A stretch of DNA of 64,000 nucleotides from Elusimicrobiota bacterium (GCA_019135865.1 JAGVVD010000043.1:8340-72339), one strand, 5' to 3'. Shown: positions 1 through 9,403, counted from the stretch's first letter. The notes: a model not told the origin generated them from the sequence alone. Translations and numbers: made by a program.

Positions 1-10
1 GAAGAACATC

Positions 11-1645
11 ATGACCGGTGAGAAGACGCCGCTTAAGAGCCTGACCCAGTGGCAGGCCCTGGAGAAGCATTACGCCAAGATGAGCAAGGTCCACCTGCGG
101 GACCTCTTCGCCAACGATCCGAAGCGGGGGGAGAACCTCTCGCTCGAGGCCGCCGGCATCTATTTCGACTATTCCAAACACCGCGTCACCGTCGAGACCA
201 TAAAACTGCTCTCGGCGCTGGCCCGGGCCTCCGGCCTGCGCGACTCCATCGAGGCCATGTTCAACGGCGGCAAGATAAACGTCACCGAGGGCCGCGCGGT
301 GCTGCACACAGCCCTGCGCGCCCCCAAGGGCGCGGTCGTCGCCGTCGACGGCGAGAACGTGATCCCCCAGGTGCACGAGGTGCTGGAAAAGATGGAATCC
401 TTCGCGGCCAAGGTGCGCGGCGGCAAATGGAAGGGCCATACCGGCAGGAAGATAAAGAACATCGTGAACATCGGCATCGGCGGCTCCGACCTGGGCCCCG
501 TCATGGCCTACGAGGCGCTCAAGGACTATTCTCAGCGCGGCCTGACCTTCCGCTTCGTCTCCAACATAGACGGCACGGATTTCGCCGAGGCCGTCGTCGA
601 CCTCGACCCCGCCGAGACGCTCTTCATAGTGGCCTCCAAGACCTTCACCACGCAGGAGACCATGACCAACGCCGGGACGGCCCGGGACTGGGCGCTGGCC
701 AGACTCAAGGACAAGGCGGCCATCGCGAAGCACTTCGTCGCGGTCTCGACCAACGCCGCGAAGGTCAAAGAGTTCGGCATCGATACGAAGAACATGTTCG
801 GCTTCTGGGACTGGGTGGGCGGCCGCTATTCCATGTTCTCGGCCATAGGGTTGTCGACGATGATCGCGATAGGGCCGAAGCATTTCCGCGCGATGCTGGA
901 AGGCGCGCGCGAGATGGACGAACATTACCGCACCGAGCCTTTCGACCGCAATATGCCGGTGCTGATGGGGATGCTCGGCGTGTGGTACAACAACTTCTTC
1001 GGCGCGCAGAGCATAGCGGTGCTGCCCTATGAGCAGTATCTCAAGCGCTTCCCGGCTTACCTGCAGCAGCTGACCATGGAGAGCACCGGCAAGGGCGTCA
1101 CGCTCGACGGCCGCCCGGTGGACTACCAGACCGGCCAGATCTACTGGGGCGAGCCCGGCACCAACGGCCAACACTCCTTCTACCAGCTCATACACCAGGG
1201 CACCAAGCTGATACCCTGCGACTTCATCGCCTTCTCCAAGCCCGTCCACAAGCTAGGCCGCCACCACGACCTGCTGATGGCGAACGTCTTAGCGCAGGCG
1301 GAGGCGCTGGCCTTCGGCAAGACGGCGGAGGAGCTGAAGAAAGAGGGCGTTAAGGAATGGCTGATACCGCACAAGACTTTCGAAGGCAACCGCCCGTCGA
1401 CGACCATGCTGCTCGACGAACTGACGCCGGCCGCGTTGGGGAAGCTCGTGGCTCTCTACGAGCACTGCGTGTTCACGCAGGGCGCGATCTGGCAGGTGGG
1501 GCCTTTCGACCAGTGGGGGGTGGAGCTGGGCAAGGTGCTGGCGGGCCGCATAGCCCCGGAGCTCGAAGCCAAGACCGAGCCGGAGCTCGCCCACGACTCC
1601 TCCACCAACGCCCTCATCCGCCGCTACCGCGCCTCGAAGGGGTAA
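11..1645 (+). CDS. pgi: glucose-6-phosphate isomerase
   Basis: 544-aa ORF with the [11 protein letters not shown] motif and full-length PGI-like sequence ([27 protein letters not shown]). Confidence 0.95.
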   Translation: MTGEKTPLKSLTQWQALEKHYAKMSKVHLRDLFANDPKRGENLSLEAAGIYFDYSKHRVTVETIKLLSALARASGLRDSIEAMFNGGKINVTEGRAVLHTALRAPKGAVVAVDGENVIPQVHEVLEKMESFAAKVRGGKWKGHTGRKIKNIVNIGIGGSDLGPVMAYEALKDYSQRGLTFRFVSNIDGTDFAEAVVDLDPAETLFIVASKTFTTQETMTNAGTARDWALARLKDKAAIAKHFVAVSTNAAKVKEFGIDTKNMFGFWDWVGGRYSMFSAIGLSTMIAIGPKHFRAMLEGAREMDEHYRTEPFDRNMPVLMGMLGVWYNNFFGAQSIAVLPYEQYLKRFPAYLQQLTMESTGKGVTLDGRPVDYQTGQIYWGEPGTNGQHSFYQLIHQGTKLIPCDFIAFSKPVHKLGRHHDLLMANVLAQAEALAFGKTAEELKKEGVKEWLIPHKTFEGNRPSTTMLLDELTPAALGKLVALYEHCVFTQGAIWQVGPFDQWGVELGKVLAGRIAPELEAKTEPELAHDSSTNALIRRYRASKG

Positions 1646-1655
1646 TTAAGGAAAA

Positions 1656-1808
1656 CTATTCGGGGGCATGGCAGGGGGCCGGCACGCAAAACACGGGCTC
1701 TCGCGCATAGCGCTCGGCCCTCCTCACTCGGCCTCCGCGCTTACGATGCTCCGGCCTCCGTGAAGGTTTTGCCGCGCCGGCCCCCTGCCTCCCCCGGCTG
1801 TCTCCTTA
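1656..1808. repeat. Structured palindromic repeat, family A, copy A1
   Basis: Starts ctattcgggggcatggc and ends cccccggctgtctcctta. The 5' arm ggcagggggccggc pairs with the 3' arm gccggccccctgcc. It shares its ends and internal blocks with the copies at 24390 and 30408. Confidence 0.8.
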
Positions 1809-1899
1809 GCCGAACACAAAAATGCTAAAGTAAAGAATTCCAAAACACCATCTTAGTTGCGTGAGAGGGATTTGTTGCAGGCACAGGAGTATTAAACCC

Positions 1900-2079
1900 A
1901 TGAAAGCTGCCGATATTCCACTTTGGGTTGTAGGCGTATCTTTGAAGTACTTGTTTTACATTTTAGGCCTAATATCTGCGGGGGCCTTAATCCTGACATT
2001 CAATCAAGTCAATGGAGAAGTTCTAAAACTTGTTATTGCATTTCCTTATTGCTTGGCTAACCTTCTACTCGATGCTTAA
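1900..2079 (+). CDS. hypothetical small membrane protein (low-GC islet)
   Basis: ATG preceded by AGGAG about 10 nt upstream. Two hydrophobic helices (IPLWVVGVSLKYLFYILGLISAGALIL; VIAFPYCLANLLL). No recognisable family. The track ORF starts at a GTG at 1861. Confidence 0.3.
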   Translation: MKAADIPLWVVGVSLKYLFYILGLISAGALILTFNQVNGEVLKLVIAFPYCLANLLLDA

Positions 2080-2410
2080 AATCGCAAAGCATAACAGTCC
2101 AGGAATCGGGGCATTTTTTTTAGTATCGCTTGCGGCAATCTTCCGTTTTGTAAAACTACTAGCCAAGTAGGCATTAGGAGCCGAAAAACGCTCCGGGGTT
2201 TCATTTTCACACCACAAGATGAGAAGGGTTGTGGAACTCTTTTCCTCTTATCTAGTGTATCCACGCAAGAAAACCAACTACCGAGATATGATCAGTTGTT
2301 TTCTACTATTGAGGCCCATCGGGTCGACTTTCTTTCTCAACAAGGAGAGCTCTATCTACCCAACAAATGATAAACTGCATTTCGGGGCATAATTAGCCCG
2401 GAGGCGAGCA

Positions 2411-2794
2411 ATGTCTGAATCGCTACTAGGCGTCCTTATTGGAGCACTGATTTCCCTGTGCGGCATATGGTTTTCGAATTATCTTCAGTACAAGCAGGCC
2501 ATTGAAAAAGAAATACGAAAGAAGCGAGAAGATGCCTATAGAGAAGTAATACTTACCCTTAACTACTTCCGATTCGGAGTCGAATCAAAAGAAGTCACAG
2601 ATAGCGGGGGCATTAATAGTCTTGCACAGAAGAACAGTACAAATCTCGTCATGTATGGGTCCCCAGAAACCATCAAACTCTATAACGAGACAGTTCGTCA
2701 GATAAAGAACCTTTCAGTCAATCACACCCTCATAAATTTTGACGCTTTACATAATCAAATTAGACGAGAACTAGGAATCCAGGGAAAACTCTAG
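2411..2794 (+). CDS. hypothetical protein with N-terminal TM helix (low-GC islet)
   Basis: 127-aa ORF with a GGAGG-like RBS (ggaggcgagcaATG). N-terminal helix LLGVLIGALISLCGIWF followed by a charged coiled segment. No family recognised. Confidence 0.5.
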   Translation: MSESLLGVLIGALISLCGIWFSNYLQYKQAIEKEIRKKREDAYREVILTLNYFRFGVESKEVTDSGGINSLAQKNSTNLVMYGSPETIKLYNETVRQIKNLSVNHTLINFDALHNQIRRELGIQGKL

Positions 2795-2890
2795 CCAATA
2801 TCGCTGATATGCCGCGTTTCTAGTCTCAATAGCAAAACTTCTTTGATGAATCAGTAGCAACTAGGGGATGACGGGAGCGGTTAGCGGTAA

Positions 2891-3091
2891 GGCTTTCCGG
2901 GCGGGGATGCGGCGAGGAACATGCGGAGCTTTTTCCCGAGCGGAATGAGGGTACCGGCACTGCCGGACGACCAAGAATGTCTGAGGCCCGAGGCGCTATG
3001 CGCCCGGGCCGAGTTCTTGGTCGGCCGAATGAAGCGAAGGTGTATCCCGGAAAAAGCGAACCGTGACGAGCGCATCCCCGCCCGGGAAGCC
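2891..3091. repeat. Structured palindromic repeat, family B, copy B1
   Basis: The outer arm ggctttccgggcggggatgcg pairs with cgcatccccgcccgggaagcc. The conserved core accggcactgccggacgaccaagaatgtctgaggcccgaggcgctatgcgcccgggccgagttcttggtcggcc is shared with the copies at about 17.2 kb and 30.7 kb. Confidence 0.8.
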
Positions 3092-3114
3092 ACGTCTATC
3101 AAATAACCATCGCT

Positions 3115-3152
3115 AGAAAAAAGAGCCCGGGTCTCCCCCGGGCTCTTTTGTT
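3115..3152 (-). terminator. Rho-independent terminator downstream of the malic enzyme gene
   Basis: On the minus strand: hairpin agagcccggg-ggag-acccgggctct followed by a tttttt run, 16 nt after the stop codon. Confidence 0.7.
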
Positions 3153-3167
3153 CGGGAGGGGGGAAGG

Positions 3168-4514
3168 CTACGGCAGCTTGACGATGCCGGCCTTCTGGCG
3201 CACTTCCACGTCCTTCTGGGCGCGGTGAACGAAGAACTCGGCGCTGGCGCGCAGTTCCGCCTCGGTCAGAGGCTTGCGGGCGATGCCCTGCTCGATGGCC
3301 TTCAGGCCCACGGCGACGGCCTCGTCGATGAAGACCTCGGGCTCGTCCATGTGCGGCAGCAGGTAATCCTCGCTCATCTTGCCCTTCTTGACCACGTAGC
3401 CGGCCAGCGCCTCGGCGGCTGCCACGCACATCTCGTCGGTGATGGTCTTGGCCTGCACGTCCAGGGCGCCGCGGAAGATACCGGGGAAGCCCAGCGAGTT
3501 GTTGACCTGGTTGGGGAAGTCCGAGCGGCCGGTGCCGACCACCTTCGCTCCGGCCTCCTTGGCGTCCCAGGGCCACATCTCGGGGATCGGGTTGGCAGTC
3601 AGGAAGCAGATCGCGTCCTTGTTCATCGTCGCCACCCATTCCTTCTTTATGACGTCGGGGCCGGGGGTCGAGGCGGCGCTGAGCACGTCGGCGCCCTTGA
3701 GCGCGTCGTTTATTTTGCCGACGAGCTGACCGCCGTTGGTCACCTGGCACATATGCCATTTCTCGCGGTGATTCTGCAGGTCCGTGCGGCCCTTGTGCAG
3801 CGTGCCCTTGGAATCGACGTAGACGAGATTCTCGGGCTTGGCGCCATAATGCATATACAGCGTACCGATGCGGATATTGGCCGCGCCCGCGCCGAAAAGA
3901 ACTATCTTCACGTCCTTGATGTCCTTCTTGACTATCTTGAGGGCGTTTATCAGGCCGGCCAGGCAGACCGTGGCCGTGCCCTGCTGGTCGTCGTGCCAGA
4001 CCGGGATCTTCATGGTCGCGCGCAGTTCGTCTAGGATATCGAAGCACTTGGGCTGGGCTATATCCTCGAGGTTGATGCCGCCGAAGGAGGGGGCCAGCAG
4101 CTGCACGGTGCGGATTATCTCTTTTGGGTCCTTAGTGTCGAGGCAGATGGGGAAAGCGTCCACGCCGCCGAGGTACTTGAACAGCAGGCCCTTGCCCTCC
4201 ATGACCGGCAGGCCGGCCTCGGGGCCGATATCGCCCAGGCCCAGCACGCGGGTGCCGTCAGAGACCACGGCCACCATATTGCCCTTATTGGTGTGCTCGT
4301 AGACCTTCTCGGGGTTCTTGTGTATATCCTTGCACACCGCGGCCACGCCGGGGGTGTACCAGATGGCGAAATCGTCTATGTTCCGGACGCAGGACTTGGG
4401 CGTGACCTCCACCTTGCCCTTGTAGAAGGGATGGAGCTTCATCGATTCTTCGGCCGGCTTATTGGCCTTGGCCAGGAGCTCTTCCTTGGTAAGTTTCTTG
4501 GTTTCGTTAGCCAT
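3168..4514 (-). CDS. maeA: NAD(P)-dependent malic enzyme (short, non-PTA-fused type)
   Basis: 448-aa ORF with VVSDGTRVLGLGDIG and a FGAGAAN dinucleotide fold, typical of the prokaryotic small malic enzyme. Confidence 0.9.
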   Translation of the reverse strand: MANETKKLTKEELLAKANKPAEESMKLHPFYKGKVEVTPKSCVRNIDDFAIWYTPGVAAVCKDIHKNPEKVYEHTNKGNMVAVVSDGTRVLGLGDIGPEAGLPVMEGKGLLFKYLGGVDAFPICLDTKDPKEIIRTVQLLAPSFGGINLEDIAQPKCFDILDELRATMKIPVWHDDQQGTATVCLAGLINALKIVKKDIKDVKIVLFGAGAANIRIGTLYMHYGAKPENLVYVDSKGTLHKGRTDLQNHREKWHMCQVTNGGQLVGKINDALKGADVLSAASTPGPDVIKKEWVATMNKDAICFLTANPIPEMWPWDAKEAGAKVVGTGRSDFPNQVNNSLGFPGIFRGALDVQAKTITDEMCVAAAEALAGYVVKKGKMSEDYLLPHMDEPEVFIDEAVAVGLKAIEQGIARKPLTEAELRASAEFFVHRAQKDVEVRQKAGIVKLP

Positions 4515-4555
4515 TGTTAAACCCCTTTAAGGCTGTTCTTGAGACCCGTCACGGA

Positions 4556-4584
4556 ATTCTAATAAATAGGGCCGCGGTAGGCAA
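4556..4584 (-). promoter_or_regulatory. Putative sigma70 promoter of the malic enzyme gene
   Basis: Minus strand reads TTGCCT, 17 nt, TAGAAT, about 40 nt upstream of the ATG. Confidence 0.4.
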
Positions 4585-4620
4585 TAGCGGCGGCCTGGGC
4601 GGCGGCCTGGGGGCGTGAAA

Positions 4621-4650
4621 TTGTCAGCGAACCGGCCATTTTGCTATACT
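4621..4650 (+). promoter_or_regulatory. Putative sigma70 promoter upstream of tRNA-Met
   Basis: TTGTCA, 18 nt, TATACT. An 80-nt structured leader follows before the tRNA. Confidence 0.5.
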
Positions 4651-4736
4651 TTCCCCGTTCCACCCGAAGGCGACTTCCCGTCAGTACGGGGAAGCCGCCC
4701 CCGGTGGTGAAACCTGCCCGCCATTACGGATTTAGT

Positions 4737-4809
4737 GGCACCGTAGCTCAGGGGTTAGAGCGGGCGTTTCATAAGCGCTAGGTCAGTGGTTCGATTCCAC
4801 TCGGTGCCA
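4737..4809 (+). tRNA. tRNA-Met (anticodon CAT); elongator Met versus lysidine-modified Ile2 cannot be resolved by eye
   Basis: Hand-folded cloverleaf: acceptor GGCACCG/CGGTGCC, D-arm GCTC..GAGC, anticodon loop TTCATAA, T-arm AGTGG-TTCGATT-CCACT, discriminator A. No CCA is encoded. Confidence 0.9.
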
Positions 4810-4897
4810 CGATATTATTTCCCCGCTCGCCGTCCAGTGCCCGCGCCAGGCAGTACCGGCCGCACGGACCAGAGCGGGGAATTTTTCAGGGGGAGAG

Positions 4898-5368
4898 ATG
4901 TCGGACATTTACCTGTCAAAAGACGGCTACGAGAAACTGCGCGGGGAGATCGCGCGTCTCAACGCCGAGAAGAACGAACTTTCCAGGGAAATAGGCGAGA
5001 CCCGCGAGCAGGGCGATCTCAAGGAGAACGCCGGCTACATCTACGCCAAGGAGAAGCAGGCCCTGGTCCTGCAGCGCATAGCCGAACTCGAAGCCAGGCT
5101 GCGCAAGGCCAGGATCACCGACGACCTCGCCGTCAACAAGGACGAGGTCCGCATAGGCGCCACCGTAAAGGTGCGCGACGAGAAGTCGGGCGCGGAGAAG
5201 AGCTACACCCTGGCGGGCACCGACGAGGCCGACCCGGCCTCGGGCAAGATCTCGGTCGCCTCGCCGCTGGCGCAGGGCTTCCTCGGCTCCAAGGCGGGGG
5301 ACAGGCTCAGGGTCCGCCTCCCGTCCGGCGAGAAGGAATTCACCATCCTCGCGGTCGAATACAAGTGA
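4898..5368 (+). CDS. greA: transcription elongation factor GreA
   Basis: 156 aa with an N-terminal coiled coil carrying DLKENAGY and a C-terminal globular domain. Confidence 0.9.
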   Translation: MSDIYLSKDGYEKLRGEIARLNAEKNELSREIGETREQGDLKENAGYIYAKEKQALVLQRIAELEARLRKARITDDLAVNKDEVRIGATVKVRDEKSGAEKSYTLAGTDEADPASGKISVASPLAQGFLGSKAGDRLRVRLPSGEKEFTILAVEYK

Positions 5369-5430
5369 ACCGCTTTTAGTATAATTTGAAAAGTACTGGC
5401 GGGGACAAGAGCGGGTTATCGGAGGATACA

Positions 5431-6774
5431 ATGGCATTCTGGGGACAGAACAAGGATTCCGAAGGACAGCAGCCGACGGCCCAGCGGCCCGGCGCCGCGC
5501 CCTCCGGCACCCTGGAAGAGGGCTATAACGACCTCGTAAGATCGAAAGGGCGGGCCCCCGGCATAGACCTGGCCATCAAGCTCAGCGACCTGATACTGGA
5601 GCACGCGGTGGCCGAGCGCTCCAGCGACGTGCATATAGAGACGCAGGCGGCGAACCTGCGCGTCCGCTTCCGCGTGGACGGCATTCTGCAGGACATGCTC
5701 AGCGCCCCCAAGAACGCCGACATCCCGCTGACCCAGCGCATCCGCGTGCTCGCCGGCTTCGACCCGGAACCGCCGGCCTCTTTCCGCACCGAGGAGGGCC
5801 GCTTCCAGAAGATAATCGCCGGACGGCCCATACAGGTCCGCGTCTCCTCCTTTCCCACGGTCAACGGCGAGAAGCTGGTGCTGCGCATACTGGACCGCCA
5901 GCAGCTGGGCCTGGACCTGGAACAGACAGGCATGGACCAGGAGTCGCTGACGATCATAAAGAAGCTCATCCGCAACCCCTACGGCATCTTCTTCATCACC
6001 GGCTCCACCGGCTCCGGCAAGACGACCTCCCTCTACGCGATGCTCAAGAACATCAACACGCCGATGATAAACATCATCACGCTGGAGGACCCCGTCGAGT
6101 ACCGCCTCGAGGGGATCAACCAGGCCCAGATCAACAACAAGAGCGGCTTCACCTGGGCCGAGGGCCTGCGCACGGTACTGCGCCAGGACCCGGACGTCAT
6201 CATGGTCGGCGAGATACGCGACTACGAGACGGCGGAGATAAGCCTGCGCTCGGCGCTGACGGGCCACCTGCTCTTCACGACCATCCACACGATAAACGCC
6301 CCCAGCATCATCGAACGCCTCTTCGAGATGGGCGTGCCGCCGTTCCTGATCGCCTCCTCCATGCTGGGCGCGATGAGCCAGCGCCTGGTCCGCAAGGTCT
6401 GCCCCCAGTGCGCGCAGAAGGCCGCCCCGCCGTCGGAGTCCGTCGTCAACGAGTTCGTCAAGAACATGGACGAGCACGAGGGGAAGATAGTGAAGGAGCT
6501 CATACTCCGCCCGGACGCGGACTACAAGGTGGAGAAAGGCTGCCCGCACTGCCGCAATACCGGCTACCTGGGCCGCACCGGCATCTTCGAGCTCATGCTG
6601 ATGAGCGAGGAGGTGCGCAAACAGGTGCTCGACCACGCGCCGACGGACCTGATCAAGCGCACGGCCCTCCAGTCGGGCAAGATGCGCACGCTGCTGATGG
6701 ACGGCATCACCAAGGCCAGGGCCGGCGTGACCACGCTCTCGGAAGTCATACGCGTCACCGCCACGATGGTGTGA
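5431..6774 (+). CDS. GspE/PilB-family secretion/pilus ATPase (no partner genes nearby)
   Basis: Walker A GSTGSGKTT, Asp/His boxes, and a tetracysteine CPQC...CPHC. I chose the start at the ATG 4 nt after GGAGGA. The track ORF begins at 5386. Confidence 0.85.
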   Translation: MAFWGQNKDSEGQQPTAQRPGAAPSGTLEEGYNDLVRSKGRAPGIDLAIKLSDLILEHAVAERSSDVHIETQAANLRVRFRVDGILQDMLSAPKNADIPLTQRIRVLAGFDPEPPASFRTEEGRFQKIIAGRPIQVRVSSFPTVNGEKLVLRILDRQQLGLDLEQTGMDQESLTIIKKLIRNPYGIFFITGSTGSGKTTSLYAMLKNINTPMINIITLEDPVEYRLEGINQAQINNKSGFTWAEGLRTVLRQDPDVIMVGEIRDYETAEISLRSALTGHLLFTTIHTINAPSIIERLFEMGVPPFLIASSMLGAMSQRLVRKVCPQCAQKAAPPSESVVNEFVKNMDEHEGKIVKELILRPDADYKVEKGCPHCRNTGYLGRTGIFELMLMSEEVRKQVLDHAPTDLIKRTALQSGKMRTLLMDGITKARAGVTTLSEVIRVTATMV

Positions 6775-6808
6775 ACCCCGGCGCCCCGTTTCTCGCGCGA
6801 CGGAACCC

Positions 6809-7783
6809 ATGAGAACGATAGTGATGAAGTTCGGAGGGACCTCCCTGGCCGACGCGGGGAAGCTGCGCTTCGCGGCCGGGCGGATAAAGGCGGCCCGGAG
6901 AAAGGGCCGCGCGGTGGCCGCCGTGGTCTCGGCGCCGGGGGAGACCACCGACGAACTGCTGGCCCTGGCCGGGCGGGTCTCGCCGCGGCCGCCGGCCCGC
7001 GAGACCGACGCCCTCCTCTCCTGCGGCGAGCTCATCAGCGCGTCGCTGCTGGCCATGGCCCTCGACGCCCTCGGCGTGCCGGCCGTCTCCCTGACCGGGG
7101 CCCAGGCCGGCTTCCTCACGGATACCTCTTTCGGCGCCGCGGGAATAAAAGAACTGTCCCCGGCCCGGGTGATGAAAGAACTGCGCGCCGGCAGGGTGGC
7201 GGTGGTATGCGGCTTCCAGGGGGCCGACGGCAGGGGGGACCTGACCACGCTGGGCCGCGGCGGCTCGGACCTTACCGCGGTGGAGCTGGCCCACGCCCTG
7301 AAAGCCGGATGCTGCGAACTGCTCACCGACGTGAAAGGGGTGTATTCCGCCAACCCTTCGCTGGTCCCCGAGGCGCGCAAGGTCCCGGCCATGACCTACG
7401 GCGAACTCGAGACGCTGGCGCTTTTCGGCACCGAGGTGCGCCAACTGCGCGCGCTGCGCCGCGCCGCGGCGCTGGGCGTCAGGCTCCATCTGCGCTCGGC
7501 TTTCCATCCCGGAGAAGGCACGCTCATCTCCTCCCGCGCCCCCGGGCGCAGGGCTTTCCTTTCCCTGCACGAGGGGCCGGCCGGCGCGGAGGCCGCCGTC
7601 ATCGGCGGCCCGGAGCCGGCGGAGCTGGCGGAGGCCGGCCGCCGGGCCGGCGCCGCGGCCTTCCGCAGGGAAAAAGGGGCCGTTCTTTTCAGCCCCGGCG
7701 GACGCGGCGCCGCCGACCTGCTCAGGAAGCTCCACGCGGAGCTGTCGGCCGCGGGCTTCATGACCTGGAAGTCGCGCGATTGA
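6809..7783 (+). CDS. aspartate kinase-like amino-acid kinase with a degenerate C-terminal region
   Basis: VMKFGGTSL start, GRGGSDLTA, and TDVKGVYSANP. Only 324 aa. The last 80 aa or so are Ala/Gly/Arg-rich rather than clear tandem ACT domains. Confidence 0.75.
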   Translation: MRTIVMKFGGTSLADAGKLRFAAGRIKAARRKGRAVAAVVSAPGETTDELLALAGRVSPRPPARETDALLSCGELISASLLAMALDALGVPAVSLTGAQAGFLTDTSFGAAGIKELSPARVMKELRAGRVAVVCGFQGADGRGDLTTLGRGGSDLTAVELAHALKAGCCELLTDVKGVYSANPSLVPEARKVPAMTYGELETLALFGTEVRQLRALRRAAALGVRLHLRSAFHPGEGTLISSRAPGRRAFLSLHEGPAGAEAAVIGGPEPAELAEAGRRAGAAAFRREKGAVLFSPGGRGAADLLRKLHAELSAAGFMTWKSRD

Positions 7784-7814
7784 CACCGGGACCCAAATCT
7801 ATTAAATTTATCGT

Positions 7815-8018
7815 ATGAGAGGCGCGGCAAGGACCCTGTTCGGATTTTTCTGGGCCGTTTCCACCGCCTTCCTGGCCTACCTCGCTTATATCGTCATACA
7901 GGCCGAGCACGACCCGACGGTGATCTGGGGCTGGCTGACGCTCTGCGGTCTCACCTTCCTCGGGGCCACCCTGCTCGCCTCGACGGCCTTCCTGGCGGCC
8001 CCGCCGCGGAGAGAATAA
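7815..8018 (+). CDS. hypothetical small membrane protein
   Basis: 67 aa with two hydrophobic helices. Its stop TAA directly abuts the ATG of the next gene, which suggests translational coupling. Confidence 0.35.
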   Translation: MRGAARTLFGFFWAVSTAFLAYLAYIVIQAEHDPTVIWGWLTLCGLTFLGATLLASTAFLAAPPRRE

Positions 8019-9401
8019 ATGCAGCCCGCGCCGCTGCTGATACGCGGCGGTTCCGTCCTGCGCGGCGGCTCGGCCGCCCGCGCCGACATACTCTGCCGCG
8101 GCGGCAGGATAGCCGCGATCGGCCCCCGCCTGAAAGCGCCGGAGGGCGCGCGGGTCCTGGAGGCGGCGGGCCTCCTGGTGCTGCCCGGCGCGATCGACGC
8201 CCACGTCCACTACCGCCTTAAACTGGGCCCCCGCAGCTGGAACGACGATACTTTCTCCACTGGCTCCGCCGCGGCCCTCCTGGGCGGCGTCACTACCGTC
8301 ATAGATTATACGGGCCAGGGCCGCGGCGTCCCGCTGCGCAAGGGACTCGACGACCGGCTGGCCGAGGCGGAAGGACGCATGCACTGCGATTACGCCTTCC
8401 ATTGCGTGGTGCCGTCATGGAGCGCCCTCAGGGACCCGGCCGGACAGATCGCGCGGCTGGTGAAGGACGGCGCCCCGACCTTCAAGTTCTTCTCCGCCTA
8501 CGCCTCCCGCGGCCTTATGGCGGAGGGAGGGGAACTGCGCGAGGCCCTGGAGGCCTCCCGCCGCACCGGAGCGCTTATCTGTCTGCACGCGGAGAACGGC
8601 CCCGCCATAGACCTGCTCTCGGCGAGGCCGCCGCGCGCCGGGGCCCATGCCCTGGCCCTTACCAGGCCTCCGGCCACGGAATGGTCGGCCGCAGCGGCCG
8701 CGGCCGGCTGGGCCGCCCGGACGGGCGGGGAACTCTACCTAGTGCACGTCTCCCACGCTTTCACCGCCGCGATAGCGGCGCGCGCCCGCAGGGACGGGGC
8801 CAGGATATACGTCGAGACCTGCCCCCAGTACATGGCGCTCGACGAGAGCGCGCTGAAACGGCGCGACGGGCACCTGTATTCGTGCTGCCCCCCGCTGCGG
8901 GACAAAAAGTCCGCCGCCGGGCTGTGGAAGGCCGCCGCCGGGGGAGGAGTGGACGTCGTAGCGACCGACAGCTGCGCTTTCACCAGGGCCCGCAAGGACG
9001 CCTGGGGAGGGGACCTGCGGAAACTGCCCATGGGACTGCCCGGCACGGCCACCCTGCTGCCGCTGGTCTATACCCTGGGCGTAAAAGCGGGGAAGTTGTC
9101 GCTGGCCCGCATGGCGGAGCTTTTATGCGAAAATCCCGCCAGGATAGCCGGGCTCTACCCGCGCAAAGGCGTCATCCGCCCGGGCTCCGACGCCGACTTC
9201 GCCCTCATAGCGCCGGAACACCGCCGGACCGTCGACTGGCGGGACCTCGGCCACGCTTCGGACTATTCGCCCTACCAGGGCATGAAGTTATACGGTTTCC
9301 CGCGGCACACGGTGCTGCGCGGCAGGGTCGTCATGTCGGAGGGGGAACTCGCCGCGCCGGCCCGGCCGGGCGGCGAATACGTCGGACGGCGCAGGGGCTG
9401 A
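8019..9401 (+). CDS. cyclic amidohydrolase (dihydropyrimidinase / D-hydantoinase-like)
   Basis: 460 aa with the metal motif PGAIDAHVH. Length and domain order fit the dihydropyrimidinase/hydantoinase/allantoinase superfamily. Substrate cannot be assigned. Confidence 0.75.
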   Translation: MQPAPLLIRGGSVLRGGSAARADILCRGGRIAAIGPRLKAPEGARVLEAAGLLVLPGAIDAHVHYRLKLGPRSWNDDTFSTGSAAALLGGVTTVIDYTGQGRGVPLRKGLDDRLAEAEGRMHCDYAFHCVVPSWSALRDPAGQIARLVKDGAPTFKFFSAYASRGLMAEGGELREALEASRRTGALICLHAENGPAIDLLSARPPRAGAHALALTRPPATEWSAAAAAAGWAARTGGELYLVHVSHAFTAAIAARARRDGARIYVETCPQYMALDESALKRRDGHLYSCCPPLRDKKSAAGLWKAAAGGGVDVVATDSCAFTRARKDAWGGDLRKLPMGLPGTATLLPLVYTLGVKAGKLSLARMAELLCENPARIAGLYPRKGVIRPGSDADFALIAPEHRRTVDWRDLGHASDYSPYQGMKLYGFPRHTVLRGRVVMSEGELAAPARPGGEYVGRRRG

Positions 9402-9403
9402 GT

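Noticed and set aside
2076-2264. 62-aa minus-strand ORF inside the first low-GC islet.
   Set aside because: It has no RBS and no hydrophobic or other motif. In AT-rich DNA a 62-codon ORF is weak evidence. I did not annotate it.
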